From a virus (Duplodnaviria > Caudoviricetes), in the IMG/VR virus record IMGVR_UViG_3300030380_000823, positions 1 through 56,781 of that record: DNA of 56,781 nucleotides; one strand, written 5' to 3'. Under the pieces are notes generated by a model that worked only from the letters and a program-made list of their open reading frames with translations, was not told where the DNA came from and did not search any database. This document shows, in pieces, positions 28,861 through 38,008 of this stretch. The position numbers and the translations under genes were made by a program. Position 1 is the stretch's first letter. The number at the start of each line of letters is the position of its first letter.

Positions 28861-29117
28861 GTTTTGCCGTCTTTTTCTGTCAGCCAGATGCGATGTTCGC
28901 CATCATTACTTATCTTACGGCTCGTAATGTTCCAGCCCCTACGTTTGGCGGACACGCGAAACGCACGTACTTTATGCCCATAGGGATCGTCTACGACAAA
29001 CGAGTCCCCCAGATTCATACGGTCTAACGTGTTCTCGTATGCACGCTGGTGACTGTACTGCTTATCAAACAGCAACACACCTTTCTCAATCACGATCTTT
29101 TCGAGTTCAACACTCAC
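28851..29117 (-). CDS. Small phage protein (M-x-[VL]G[DS]S-x-x family)
   Basis: LDRMNLGDSFVV...RIWL. Confidence 0.7.
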   Translation of the reverse strand: MSVELEKIVIEKGVLLFDKQYSHQRAYENTLDRMNLGDSFVVDDPYGHKVRAFRVSAKRRGWNITSRKISNDGEHRIWLTEKDGKTWT

Positions 29118-29296
29118 GCCTCCTCCTTTTCTACAACGCGGGTGACAATCACATCAGTAGTGGTGGGTTTGCGTAACCAATTACCCCAAGTACCACGGTC
29201 ATCTATAATGGCAAACCGTGCTTCCTCATCGTTCTTGGCCTCTACTATCACCTGACGTTGTATGGTTTCCTCGAAGGTTACGATAAACTTCTTCAT
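29114..29296 (-). CDS. Hypothetical protein, 60 aa
   Basis: MKKFIVTFEETIQRQVIVEA; GGGGG SD; probable start 29296. Confidence 0.6.
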   Translation of the reverse strand: MKKFIVTFEETIQRQVIVEAKNDEEARFAIIDDRGTWGNWLRKPTTTDVIVTRVVEKEEA

Positions 29297-29297
29297 C

Positions 29298-29438
29298 TCA
29301 ACCCCCATCTTTTGGTCTGGTCGCGTTGACAAGCTGCCACGCAAGCTCATGTATGTGAGATTCACTCTCTCCTTCTTCGCACGCCCAGTTAATCTGATTG
29401 ATTAGCAGAATAGCGCGTTCTTCTAATTCTGACTCCAT
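29298..29438 (-). CDS. Hypothetical protein, 46 aa (not in ORF track)
   Basis: MESELEERAILLINQINWACEEG...PKDGG* fills the gap exactly. Confidence 0.55.
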   Translation of the reverse strand: MESELEERAILLINQINWACEEGESESHIHELAWQLVNATRPKDGG

Positions 29439-29439
29439 A

Positions 29440-29670
29440 TCAACCCCCTAACCGTTTGATTTCAGCGTCAATATAGAAGCGAATCTTCTTCGCATCACGT
29501 AACTCATCACTGTGAGATGCCTCGCCCATACGGTAACACGCACGGAATATCTCACCGATCTGTGCGTTCATATTCTTATGGGATATTAAATCCTGTAGCT
29601 CCTGCGCGTCAGCAGGTAACTCGTAATACGATGCAGTGCTGCCATCACTGACAGTGGTACCCTTCTTCAT
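29440..29670 (-). CDS. DUF3310/SaV-like protein
   Basis: DGSTASYY...GEIFRACYR...DAKKIRFY. Confidence 0.6.
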   Translation of the reverse strand: MKKGTTVSDGSTASYYELPADAQELQDLISHKNMNAQIGEIFRACYRMGEASHSDELRDAKKIRFYIDAEIKRLGG

Positions 29671-29679
29671 CTGTCTCTC

Positions 29680-29994
29680 CTAGAAATCAAATATCAACTG
29701 CACAGGCGTTGCGTCCAATAGCTCCGCTACGTCGTGCATGTTGTCTTCGTTAACCACAAACGCCATACCTTCACTTGCGGCAATCTCTTTGAGGTTCCTC
29801 TCCTGTAGCGCAGTGGGTTTGTTACTTCCCGCCTTACACTCAATACCAAAGAACTTACCGTTGTAGCACCCCACAATATCCGGTACACCGCTCTTACCGT
29901 ACCCGCCTGTCACGGGGTAAAAGTAGTATGCACCTAACTGCTTTAGGGTAGCCGTTACTTTCTTCTTAACCTTCGCTTCCGGCGTCATCGCCAT
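29680..29994 (-). CDS. VRR-NUC domain nuclease (possible Holliday junction resolvase)
   Basis: TPEAKVK, GVPDI, IECKA and PTALQ motifs. Confidence 0.85.
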   Translation of the reverse strand: MAMTPEAKVKKKVTATLKQLGAYYFYPVTGGYGKSGVPDIVGCYNGKFFGIECKAGSNKPTALQERNLKEIAASEGMAFVVNEDNMHDVAELLDATPVQLIFDF

Positions 29995-30199
29995 TGCGTA
30001 CCTCCTTTAACAAGTTAACCACACTGGCTGTGAGCTTTTTCATCTCGCGTTGGTTAGCTGAAATAGTCTTTGATAAAAACTGTAAGTCATCCAGCATCTC
30101 TCCTGTCGTCTTAGCAAGGTTTTCCACCGCCCGTAGGCCAGTAAGAACTTCCTCCAACGTCTGCTCATCAATCTCAAGCTCAACGCTTATCTTCGCCAT
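29966..30199 (-). CDS. Hypothetical coiled-coil protein
   Basis: ORF with GGAG SD, in operon orientation. Confidence 0.6.
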   Translation of the reverse strand: MAKISVELEIDEQTLEEVLTGLRAVENLAKTTGEMLDDLQFLSKTISANQREMKKLTASVVNLLKEVRNGDDAGSEG

Positions 30200-30234
30200 A
30201 CCGTTTCTCCGTGGGCGCTGGTATCAGCGTCTCG

Positions 30235-30549
30235 TTATCCGTAAACCCAAAAGCTATCATCACCTGTTCGTAACCCTACTCCGGCTACTTCAGACTGTTG
30301 TGGCTCTAACATATTCAGAACCACCAGCTTTTTCCGCAGGTCAGTAGGTAGGGTTTCCATGCCACGATAGATAGGTTTGTACGGCGAGTCAACACATTCC
30401 GTACCTAAACATGTGATCTTCCACGTATCTTGGTTAGGGTCTACCTTTACGTGGTAGATTGGCCCCTTATGTGTTAACTTGTTTTGGTTACCTAGCGTGG
30501 TGGCTATGTCCTCGATCATGCGTAGCGTCTCGAAGTATCTAGCTGACAT
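30235..30549 (-). CDS. Hypothetical protein
   Basis: C-terminal KLVVL...VAGVG.R...FWV motif shared with the adjacent gene. Confidence 0.6.
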   Translation of the reverse strand: MSARYFETLRMIEDIATTLGNQNKLTHKGPIYHVKVDPNQDTWKITCLGTECVDSPYKPIYRGMETLPTDLRKKLVVLNMLEPQQSEVAGVGLRTGDDSFWVYG

Positions 30550-31393
30550 AGAACTCATCCTCATCCACACGCATACCAACGCCATGAACGTAGTCACCTA
30601 GCTGCGCCACGCTCAGTACACTCAGCTTACCGATTAGCTCGTTGTATTCTTCTGACCCCTCAGTAAAGCGTACAGGCCGAGCGTCATCCTCCAAACGTAC
30701 AGATCTGTAGTTAACTTGCTTTAGGGGAATACCCGCGACTGTCTGACGCCCACTACGGTCTTGACCTACATGAACGAACATGGGGCTTTCGCCAGACCCT
30801 TGTAGCTCCCCCACATTTTGGTTGTACAGTAAGGTGTCCTGCACGAGTTGTTTAGTCTCGCCATCGGTGATCTGCTCTACCATAGCTACTAAGGAACGAA
30901 ATGCAGGGCAAGCCACATTGCTCACACCTAACTTGTCCACAGCTTCTTGACGTTTACCTTTCTCCTTCTGTAGCTGCTCGTCTCGGTTCGAGCAGTACAC
31001 ATGGGAATTCATCGTGGCGATCTCAGTCACGCTGAACTCGGGCAGTGCTGCCGCAGCTTTCTTAACCGCCGTGTTAAGGTTCTTGCTCCACTGCATATAG
31101 TGTTCTCGGTTGGCGGGGTGGTACCTGCCGTTCTTGATTGTACGACTATGAACCGCATAATTCTTATACCCTTCGCCCACACTGATGATGCCCCTCGCGT
31201 ATTTCTCATGCGGGTAATAGACCCAGCACGAAGTGTAGGCACCTTTGGTAAACCTTACCCCCCGCATCTTTCGGCTAAGTACATGCTGAAAGTCGGCTAA
31301 GTCTTGGCGTGGAGTCCTTTCTTGGAGTTCAGCCGTTATCTCTTTGACCTTAGCAACAAGTTCGCGGTTAGGCTCGTATATGTATTGAGTCAT
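30539..31393 (-). CDS. Hypothetical protein
   Basis: Start MTQYIY after GGGAG; C-terminal KLSVL...VHGVG.R...FYV. Confidence 0.65.
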   Translation of the reverse strand: MTQYIYEPNRELVAKVKEITAELQERTPRQDLADFQHVLSRKMRGVRFTKGAYTSCWVYYPHEKYARGIISVGEGYKNYAVHSRTIKNGRYHPANREHYMQWSKNLNTAVKKAAAALPEFSVTEIATMNSHVYCSNRDEQLQKEKGKRQEAVDKLGVSNVACPAFRSLVAMVEQITDGETKQLVQDTLLYNQNVGELQGSGESPMFVHVGQDRSGRQTVAGIPLKQVNYRSVRLEDDARPVRFTEGSEEYNELIGKLSVLSVAQLGDYVHGVGMRVDEDEFYVS

Positions 31394-31395
31394 GG

Positions 31396-32478
31396 TTACT
31401 CTCCCTTCGTTGTTGTAACTAAACCGCAGGCGCGGTTGGCCCATCGGTTGAAGTGTGCGCGTACTCTCTTAGCGTCTTCTGGTGTACAAGCGTATCTCAT
31501 ATCAGACTTTATCATGTAAGCGGTAAGCAATGGTACACGTAACTCATGGTCACTTGTAGTGATTATCTCTTGTACCTTGTCACCGTCAAACGAGTCATGG
31601 CTTGACCAGACGCCGCCTTTCAACACATTGTGCTGGCGCAGTATGGCCTTGGCATCGCGCACGTACTGCCAGTCATCAATGGCTAACATCTTTCCTACAG
31701 AACACGCCCACTGCCAGAACTCATCAAGGTGTGGCTTTAGCTCCTTCTTACGTTCCTTGTCCACACGCGACTTGGGGTTGACCGGCTTGAACTCAGGGCT
31801 GATTAGCTTCCAAGGCTGTAGGCTGTTTGGAAGTACCCCAGTCTTTTCCATAAGCTCTACGTCTGGCACGTATGCCTCCCTAGCGAACACCAGATACTTG
31901 TGGTCATCCTCACGCTGGTAGTGTTCAGCCCAGTGTTGGGAGCTTTTACTGTTCACATAATAGTCCCACTGTGCTGCACCGACTGACCGACTCTTGGGTA
32001 AGTAATACTTAACCTGCCGTAGCCTGTCTGGGTTCGGTATATAGATGTGCTGCCTACCATCAGTGCCGCCGCTATATCGCAGGGACGTAGGTAAGAACTC
32101 AGCTAGAAACTGATACCGGCTGGTATGTGCTTGGTCGCCTGACCCGTTGCGTATCTTAACCGTCTCTAGGTATGAGCCATCAGGTTGCAGTTGAATGTCC
32201 CACACAATAGGTGACAGGCTATATGTATCTACAATCGACGTAGGTATTGGATCGCGCCGAGCGTAGGTGCGGGTAAATATCGGGTCACCGTACCCGCCGT
32301 CGCACAAGGCGTAGCAGGTAGGTGATAACTTAACAATGTGTTCCCACTTACGATCCCGTCTGTCGGCAGGGCGTAGATCATCCTCCTTCTTGTGGTACTT
32401 ACTGACCAACGGTTTGGTCTGGTTGTATTTGCGCTCGACATGCCAGAACGAGTCCAGCCCTTTGCTTAGTGTGTACAT
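31396..32478 (-). CDS. Hypothetical early protein, 360 aa
   Basis: Long ORF tightly packed in the operon. Confidence 0.65.
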   Translation of the reverse strand: MYTLSKGLDSFWHVERKYNQTKPLVSKYHKKEDDLRPADRRDRKWEHIVKLSPTCYALCDGGYGDPIFTRTYARRDPIPTSIVDTYSLSPIVWDIQLQPDGSYLETVKIRNGSGDQAHTSRYQFLAEFLPTSLRYSGGTDGRQHIYIPNPDRLRQVKYYLPKSRSVGAAQWDYYVNSKSSQHWAEHYQREDDHKYLVFAREAYVPDVELMEKTGVLPNSLQPWKLISPEFKPVNPKSRVDKERKKELKPHLDEFWQWACSVGKMLAIDDWQYVRDAKAILRQHNVLKGGVWSSHDSFDGDKVQEIITTSDHELRVPLLTAYMIKSDMRYACTPEDAKRVRAHFNRWANRACGLVTTTKGE

Positions 32479-32480
32479 GA

Positions 32481-33815
32481 TTAGTGGATCTCCGCTGGAT
32501 CAATGTGTACGACCTTGCCGTTGTCGGGAGTCGCATGTTTGTTGTCGATCACACACCACAGGGTTGGGCAGTCCCATGTACCCCAGTCACCGAACAGGTA
32601 ACCATCGGTGAGGATGATCGTTGCTTGTGGCTTGATCTGATGCTGCTGCATGTGCTCGACCACGCACTCAACATCGGTACCGCCGCCACCTCGGGGTTTG
32701 GTAGATTGCGCCAGCGTGTCTAGCTCGTGGGACTCGTATGACTCGTCACCCACAACCTTGTGACCCCAGTACAGTAGGCGAACCTTGTCGGGCTTGACCG
32801 TAGTGCAGATCGACTGAACTTCTGACAGGAACACAGCCAGATCAGCGTCGGGGATAGACCCTGACGTATCAACAGCAATCACAAGCTCATCGACCTTCTC
32901 GCTGATACCGCTAGGCATATAGACACCGGCACCAATGTATCGACGGTTGGGACGTTTCCATGTGGAGTAGTCGTTGCCAGTACAGGTTGTCTGAATGAAC
33001 TCGCGCAGTACCTCACGCCAATCGACCTGCGATTGCATAAGCTCATCGAGTAGACGATTGCCCGTAATGCCCGACTTGCCAGCGATAATGCTGCCCTGAC
33101 GTATCGCTATGTCTACCTCTTTCTCAAGCTCTTTGACTTCATCGTCTGACAGGTTATCTGCACCATCCCAGTCGTGCTCATCGAAACCCCGTGGCTCGTT
33201 GCCTTCTGGCTCTCCGTTACCGGAACTCCGTGAATCGGTTGGTTCACCGATACCGTCATCGTCACCGCCCTTGCCGGTAGGTGGAAATGGGAAACCGCCG
33301 CCACCTTTGGGCGGTTGCTGCGTACCATCATCCAATGTCTTGAAGATCACAGCAGTATCAGACCATGATCCATCGGGCTTGCGGAACTGTTCATCGTACA
33401 GCCCCATACGTTCGCCTACGTGTTCGCCATCTTTGTAGATAGGCATAGTGGCAAAGCCATCCTCTCGGTTCTCATCGACCAGCTTGCCGTTGATGTTGTA
33501 GTCGCATGACGCATTAGCGAGTTTGTGGTTCTTGTCGTGCAAGTGTTTCCACGTTATCAGGTGCCGGTACATCTTGTGATAGCACTCATGCAGTATCACG
33601 AAGCGAAGCTCGGCATCGGTCAGGGAATCAACGAACGCTCGACCATAAGTCTCGTCACGCCCGTTGGTACATGCAGTTGGTACGTCATCGCTGACAGTCT
33701 TGCTGCCTACCATGAGTACACCAGCCAAGGCCATGTACCGTGGGTGAGCAGTAATAGCTATCACTGCTTTGGTGATCCGCTGCTCGGCGGTCAGTTGTTG
33801 GTTTAGTGCTAACAT
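32481..33815 (-). CDS. DUF2201-type metallopeptidase plus VWA domain protein
   Basis: TACTNG, ILHECYH (HExxH), DTSGS MIDAS, GGGGTD and LTDG motifs. Confidence 0.85.
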   Translation of the reverse strand: MLALNQQLTAEQRITKAVIAITAHPRYMALAGVLMVGSKTVSDDVPTACTNGRDETYGRAFVDSLTDAELRFVILHECYHKMYRHLITWKHLHDKNHKLANASCDYNINGKLVDENREDGFATMPIYKDGEHVGERMGLYDEQFRKPDGSWSDTAVIFKTLDDGTQQPPKGGGGFPFPPTGKGGDDDGIGEPTDSRSSGNGEPEGNEPRGFDEHDWDGADNLSDDEVKELEKEVDIAIRQGSIIAGKSGITGNRLLDELMQSQVDWREVLREFIQTTCTGNDYSTWKRPNRRYIGAGVYMPSGISEKVDELVIAVDTSGSIPDADLAVFLSEVQSICTTVKPDKVRLLYWGHKVVGDESYESHELDTLAQSTKPRGGGGTDVECVVEHMQQHQIKPQATIILTDGYLFGDWGTWDCPTLWCVIDNKHATPDNGKVVHIDPAEIH

Positions 33816-33946
33816 GTTATCTCCTTACTCCACACATCCTTATCTGTGTCCTCTTCAAGACACTCCTCACTACAGTATCCCCACACACCACCGTAATTGA
33901 TGGGCGTATCGCAGCCGTCTTTCAAACACTTATCTTGCTCGTCCAT
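33809..33946 (-). CDS. 45-aa Cys-rich (Zn-finger-like) protein (not in ORF track)
   Basis: MDEQDKCLKDGC...GYCSEEC...; AAGGGGG SD. Confidence 0.5.
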   Translation of the reverse strand: MDEQDKCLKDGCDTPINYGGVWGYCSEECLEEDTDKDVWSKEITC

Positions 33947-33956
33947 GTCTACCCCC

Positions 33957-35060
33957 TTACACCTTGTCCGCTGCGAACATGTAGCCGTTCTCTATAGCCC
34001 ACTGAGTAAACAGCTTGCTCTGCATAACCATAGACTGTCTGGCTTTGTTGTATCTGCTGGATCGAACACCGTTGGCGAACAGACCTTGAGCTTCTTTGTC
34101 CAGCCGATCCACGTATGTCATCCACGCATCAATCCAATCACGCTCCACCGCAGCCAGTGCTTTGAACACCACCATGCAGGTAGCAGCTACGGACGTTGGC
34201 ACCGTGGCATTGTCGGGATCGTTCTTGATTGACTCCAATGACGGTAGCTGGTCAGCCAGTTTGAGGAATGCCATAAAGTCTGCGGCGGCTCGGACACCGA
34301 TAGTGCCCATGAGTGCTGCCTGTAACGTGTTATCGTCCAGCCCCTCACGACGTTTCAAGATGTCACTCGCTGCATGTAGTGAACGTGGCGTGCAGAACGC
34401 AGCCCGATCCACAGCTTTGGGGTGAAAGATGTACTGGTTGTCATCTGGATTCGGTACATCGCGGAAGTCTTGCATGACTGCGGAATTCTCTTTGACCCAG
34501 CCCAGTATTGTGTGGTCGAGATCGTTACCAACGCCCCACTCGACCCACTCCATGTGGTCAGGCTTTTTAGTCTCGACCACGGTGATACGGTTACGGGCAT
34601 GTGCAGGTAACAGATCACCCACACCCTCGCTGCCGAGGTTGGTCGTGGCGAATATGATGGAGTCGGGGTGCAGTGTGTAGCTGCCGATCTTACGTTCGAG
34701 GATCAAACGTAGCAGGGCATTCTTGACTGCGGGGTTGGCCTTACCGAACTCGTCAATCATCAGGATGATCGGCTTGTCGTGGTGGGCACCCAATTCCTCG
34801 TTGGTCAGGTACGTCACATAGCCAGTGCCGTCATCCAGCTTGGCGATGTTGGGTATCGTGATGTCACCCAAGTCCTTGGTCGTGCAGTCGAGAAAACATG
34901 CTATGTAATCCGGCAGTGCCTCTGAGATTTCGGTAAGCAGTGATGACTTACCTGTACCCATGTGGCCTTGAAGTAAGACTGTGCGAAGCCGACCGATTGC
35001 CAAGATTAGTGCCTTGGCTTGTTCGAGGCTCAGTGCGTAAGTTTGTTGTGCATAGCTCAT
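33957..35060 (-). CDS. MoxR-like AAA+ ATPase
   Basis: Walker A GHMGTGKS, Walker B LMIDE, ATTN and TPRS; start MSYAQQ after AAGGAG. Confidence 0.85.
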   Translation of the reverse strand: MSYAQQTYALSLEQAKALILAIGRLRTVLLQGHMGTGKSSLLTEISEALPDYIACFLDCTTKDLGDITIPNIAKLDDGTGYVTYLTNEELGAHHDKPIILMIDEFGKANPAVKNALLRLILERKIGSYTLHPDSIIFATTNLGSEGVGDLLPAHARNRITVVETKKPDHMEWVEWGVGNDLDHTILGWVKENSAVMQDFRDVPNPDDNQYIFHPKAVDRAAFCTPRSLHAASDILKRREGLDDNTLQAALMGTIGVRAAADFMAFLKLADQLPSLESIKNDPDNATVPTSVAATCMVVFKALAAVERDWIDAWMTYVDRLDKEAQGLFANGVRSSRYNKARQSMVMQSKLFTQWAIENGYMFAADKV

Positions 35061-35085
35061 GGCTATCTCCTTTCCGTTTTGTTGT

Positions 35086-35125
35086 TTTGGTTTTGTGTAT
35101 AAGTCATACACAAAGTTGGTTAGTG
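35086..35125. repeat. 40-bp exact repeat (copy 1) containing the palindrome TTTGTGTAT-N5-ATACACAAA
   Basis: Identical to 36765-36804. Confidence 0.9.
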
Positions 35126-35155
35126 GTAGGCAGTATTGCCCTGTGGTGAATCACC

Positions 35156-35184
35156 ATTATACATGGTATTTCGTGTTATGTCCA
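35156..35184 (-). promoter_or_regulatory. Sigma70-type promoter TGGACA-17-TATAAT
   Basis: Near-consensus hexamers, 17-nt spacer beginning TAACACG. Confidence 0.7.
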
Positions 35185-35198
35185 GTTACCTACCGACC

Positions 35199-36131
35199 TC
35201 AGAGATCCAAGGACGGTAGTTTGCTGATGATGTCTTTGACCTGCTGCTGCTTGTCTAGCCGCAACGTCTCGCTGTTCTTGAGCGCATCGGTGTTCACGCC
35301 GTACAGCGCATCCTCTAGCTGGTCTGCAATCGCAGTCATCTGAGTGTCGCCAGTGATGTTGAACCTACGCATCATACGAATCAGCTCCAGCGACGTATCG
35401 AAGACGCTATCGTATAACTTGTTATATTTTTGATTACCCTTGGCATCTAGCTCATCTTTCGGGGATAGCTGACGCAGCACAGTCGATAGGTTCTTGTGCA
35501 GTCGCGTCCAGATGTCATTCATCGCGGCTTCAATGTTCTCGCTGTAGAACTCGTCATACTGTTGCTTGACTACCTCCAGAGCTTCTGCCGGTAGATCCAA
35601 ACGTGGGTCGCCACGCCTCGGCACCTCGGAGAACACAATACGCCAGCGGAACTTTCTGCGTAGCTCGTCAACCGGCGGGTACTCGCTGTGGTCAAACATG
35701 TTACCTAGCTCTGCCATCGCGGTAGATGTACGCCACTGGTACGCATCCTCGAACAGTTGGTATAGCCGGTGGAACTCTTGCTCCAGATCCGTCATCACGT
35801 TCAGGTAGTCGAAGTATTCAGATGTCGGTATCAGGCGCAGCCCCATGTCAGACCACGGTAGGGTCATCGCGTAGTGGGTGTTGCGTGCGTTACCTACAAA
35901 CTTCTTTAGGTCTTCCAGCTCAGTACAACCGGCGAGCAGGTTCTTGTTGTAGTTACCGGCTTTGGCTGACGCACCGCTGTCACGGGCTACCTTGGCTGAC
36001 GCGGCTTTGTCTTTCTTACGCGCAGTCCACGTTGAGACTTGCATCTGCGATAGCATGAAAGCCGTGTCGAATGCTGGCGCGTTTACGGTTGGGCCTTGGG
36101 CCAGTGATTGAATGTTGCTTACTTGTTCCAT
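35199..36131 (-). CDS. DUF3150-like protein
   Basis: WTARKKD, TLPWSDMGLRL and YPPVDELRRKF; usual neighbour of AAA/VWA pairs. Confidence 0.6.
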   Translation of the reverse strand: MEQVSNIQSLAQGPTVNAPAFDTAFMLSQMQVSTWTARKKDKAASAKVARDSGASAKAGNYNKNLLAGCTELEDLKKFVGNARNTHYAMTLPWSDMGLRLIPTSEYFDYLNVMTDLEQEFHRLYQLFEDAYQWRTSTAMAELGNMFDHSEYPPVDELRRKFRWRIVFSEVPRRGDPRLDLPAEALEVVKQQYDEFYSENIEAAMNDIWTRLHKNLSTVLRQLSPKDELDAKGNQKYNKLYDSVFDTSLELIRMMRRFNITGDTQMTAIADQLEDALYGVNTDALKNSETLRLDKQQQVKDIISKLPSLDL

Positions 36132-36156
36132 TGGGAACTCCTTATCGTTGGTTTGG

Positions 36157-36744
36157 TTAAAAGTTGCCTTCGGCTACCTGTAAGCAGGTTATGCCGTTGG
36201 ATCGCCACATATCGACCACACGCTGGCGGTCATCTACTGCGAACAAGATGTTGCTCTTGTCCACGGTTTTCAGTATCTCGTTGAACATGTCCTGCTTGAT
36301 GTCTTTGTCGGGGTCATGCCTACGGTTATCAGGACGCATCATCAGGTAGGTATCCAGATGAGCTTCGATAGACTCGCGGGTATAGCCCTCGTCTGCATAA
36401 AGATCATCGTGATACGAACCTTCGTAAGAGCACTTATCCAATAAGAAGTTACGAGTAACCTCGCGGTACTGCTCCATACGCCCAGTACAGAAGATGATCT
36501 GCTTGGCTGAGTCCTCGCACATCCACAGTAGATCCACTATAGGTTCGTTGGGTGTGTCCCACTCCATCGCCGCGTTGAAGGCATCGAAGTCCTTTTTCTT
36601 GCCGGTGACAAAGTGCCTTCGGTGTTCGATGTCAGCCAGTGTGCCGTCGATGTCAAAGATGACGGTTGGCACGTTATCAATCGGTTCGGGCAGGATAACC
36701 CTGCGACCTGTGTTCCTATCTTCATGGGCTGTAAAAAATGGCAT
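36157..36744 (-). CDS. HAD phosphatase, T4 polynucleotide kinase 3'-phosphatase-like
   Basis: FDIDGTL, CTGR, LMMR and VDDR motifs. Confidence 0.85.
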   Translation of the reverse strand: MPFFTAHEDRNTGRRVILPEPIDNVPTVIFDIDGTLADIEHRRHFVTGKKKDFDAFNAAMEWDTPNEPIVDLLWMCEDSAKQIIFCTGRMEQYREVTRNFLLDKCSYEGSYHDDLYADEGYTRESIEAHLDTYLMMRPDNRRHDPDKDIKQDMFNEILKTVDKSNILFAVDDRQRVVDMWRSNGITCLQVAEGNF

Positions 36745-36764
36745 TGCTGCCTCCTTATCGTTGG

Positions 36765-36804
36765 TTTGGTTTTGTGTATAAGTCATACACAAAGTTGGTT
36801 AGTG
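36765..36804. repeat. 40-bp exact repeat (copy 2) with palindrome
   Basis: Identical to 35086-35125. Confidence 0.9.
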
Positions 36805-37182
36805 AACTGACACAAGCACCGCGCTTTTACGCAATGCCATGAGGTTGACGGTGCCGTGGCGCGAACAGTCGAGATACTGAACGCCGCCCTTGATGTATAC
36901 ATGCTCGGGCATGTCGAGCAGACGGAACAGCGCATTGAGTCGGGACTGTGTAGTGCGCGACGGTGCGAGTACCTTACGCCCGTTCACCTCCTTCTCGTAT
37001 CCGCCACAGGACACCCATAACTTCTTTACCCCATCTCGATTCGACATGGTGGCGATGCGGTTGCCATGCAGTAACAGGTCGAGACTGCGGGTGGCTTGGT
37101 TGAACACGGACTGCGTGTTGCCCATTGCTTTGGTGTCGCCCTTGATGAACGCACCGATAACTTCTTTTTCGATCTTACGCAT
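36799..37182 (-). CDS. Conserved hypothetical early protein
   Basis: MRKIE...LHGNRIA...TTQSRLNAL. Confidence 0.7.
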   Translation of the reverse strand: MRKIEKEVIGAFIKGDTKAMGNTQSVFNQATRSLDLLLHGNRIATMSNRDGVKKLWVSCGGYEKEVNGRKVLAPSRTTQSRLNALFRLLDMPEHVYIKGGVQYLDCSRHGTVNLMALRKSAVLVSVH

Positions 37183-37498
37183 TACTGTCTCCTAACAGGT
37201 CACACATACGGTCTAGCTGGTACTCGGTAACGTGCGGCTTGTTCTTGGCTAGACCGGCCTGCGCTATGGTCACGAGTGTGTTTAGCTTTTCCAGCAGGTC
37301 ATCGTGCTCGGCTTTGACCAACCTGATCTTGGCTTCGTGGTGAGCTTGGTCGTCCCAACGTAGAGTCTCGCTGGCCTTGTTTACAGATTCGAGGTGTCTG
37401 ATCTCAAACGCGGCTGTCCTTAACGTCACATAACTATGCGGAATTGAGTCTGCGAGTTGCTCCAATTGCTCGGGCAAGCTCTTTTCTTCATCTGACAT
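37175..37498 (-). CDS. Hypothetical early protein
   Basis: Start MSDEEK after AAGGAG. Confidence 0.6.
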   Translation of the reverse strand: MSDEEKSLPEQLEQLADSIPHSYVTLRTAAFEIRHLESVNKASETLRWDDQAHHEAKIRLVKAEHDDLLEKLNTLVTIAQAGLAKNKPHVTEYQLDRMCDLLGDSNA

Positions 37499-37520
37499 TG
37501 CTGTCTCCTTTCGTTGTTGG

Positions 37521-37545
37521 TTTTGTGTATAAGTCATACACAAAA
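37521..37545. promoter_or_regulatory. Palindromic site TTTTGTGTAT-AAGTC-ATACACAAAA
   Basis: Perfect 10-bp arms; further copies at 35091, 36770, 38051 and 39123. Confidence 0.8.
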
Positions 37546-37586
37546 AATGAGTGTGTCGGGCAGGGGTCTCCTCACCGACAAGAGAT

Positions 37587-37615
37587 ATTGTCTCACATAT
37601 AACGTGTTATGTCAA
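37587..37615 (-). promoter_or_regulatory. Sigma70-type promoter TTGACA-17-GACAAT
   Basis: Consensus -35, TGn extended -10, spacer beginning TAACACG. Confidence 0.65.
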
Positions 37616-37627
37616 GCGGTGGTCAGG

Positions 37628-38003
37628 CGTGGTATCTGGTGGTGAGAAGTGTAATGTTACGCAATGTTACGTCCTATGGGCTGGTAAGTCCTTGATAAGT
37701 AAGCAATGTTACATTGTTGCGTTTTTCAGGGAATTGAATGGGTCTGAGCGCAGACGCTCGGGAACGTAACATTAGTTCTGTGTAACGAGATTTTCTGCAA
37801 GTAGGGGGGTCAACGGGCGAGGTATATATACTTTTTGGTAAAAACGTAACATTGTAAGGACTACTATATATATATACAGGTTTTTGTATAAATACATACT
37901 AATACTTACAACCAGATACCACGAAATACAACGAGGATAATGTTGCCTTTTTGCCATTTCAAAACGCAACATTGCGTAACATTAGCGTTTCGGACGTAAC
38001 ATT
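37628..38003. repeat. Non-coding cluster of CGTAACATT-type repeats around an AT-rich core (origin-like)
   Basis: At least 8 copies in both orientations; TATATATATATA core near 37865. Confidence 0.7.
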
Positions 38004-38008
38004 AGCCC

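Noticed and set aside
35061-37543. Track starts MYDLYTK / MCMTYTQ for three early ORFs
   Set aside because: These are translations of the repeated palindrome; the real starts follow AAGGAG at 35060, 36744 and 37498
35086-37545. Integron attC cassette array
   Set aside because: No integron integrase, and the palindromes are too short and lack attC R/L box architecture
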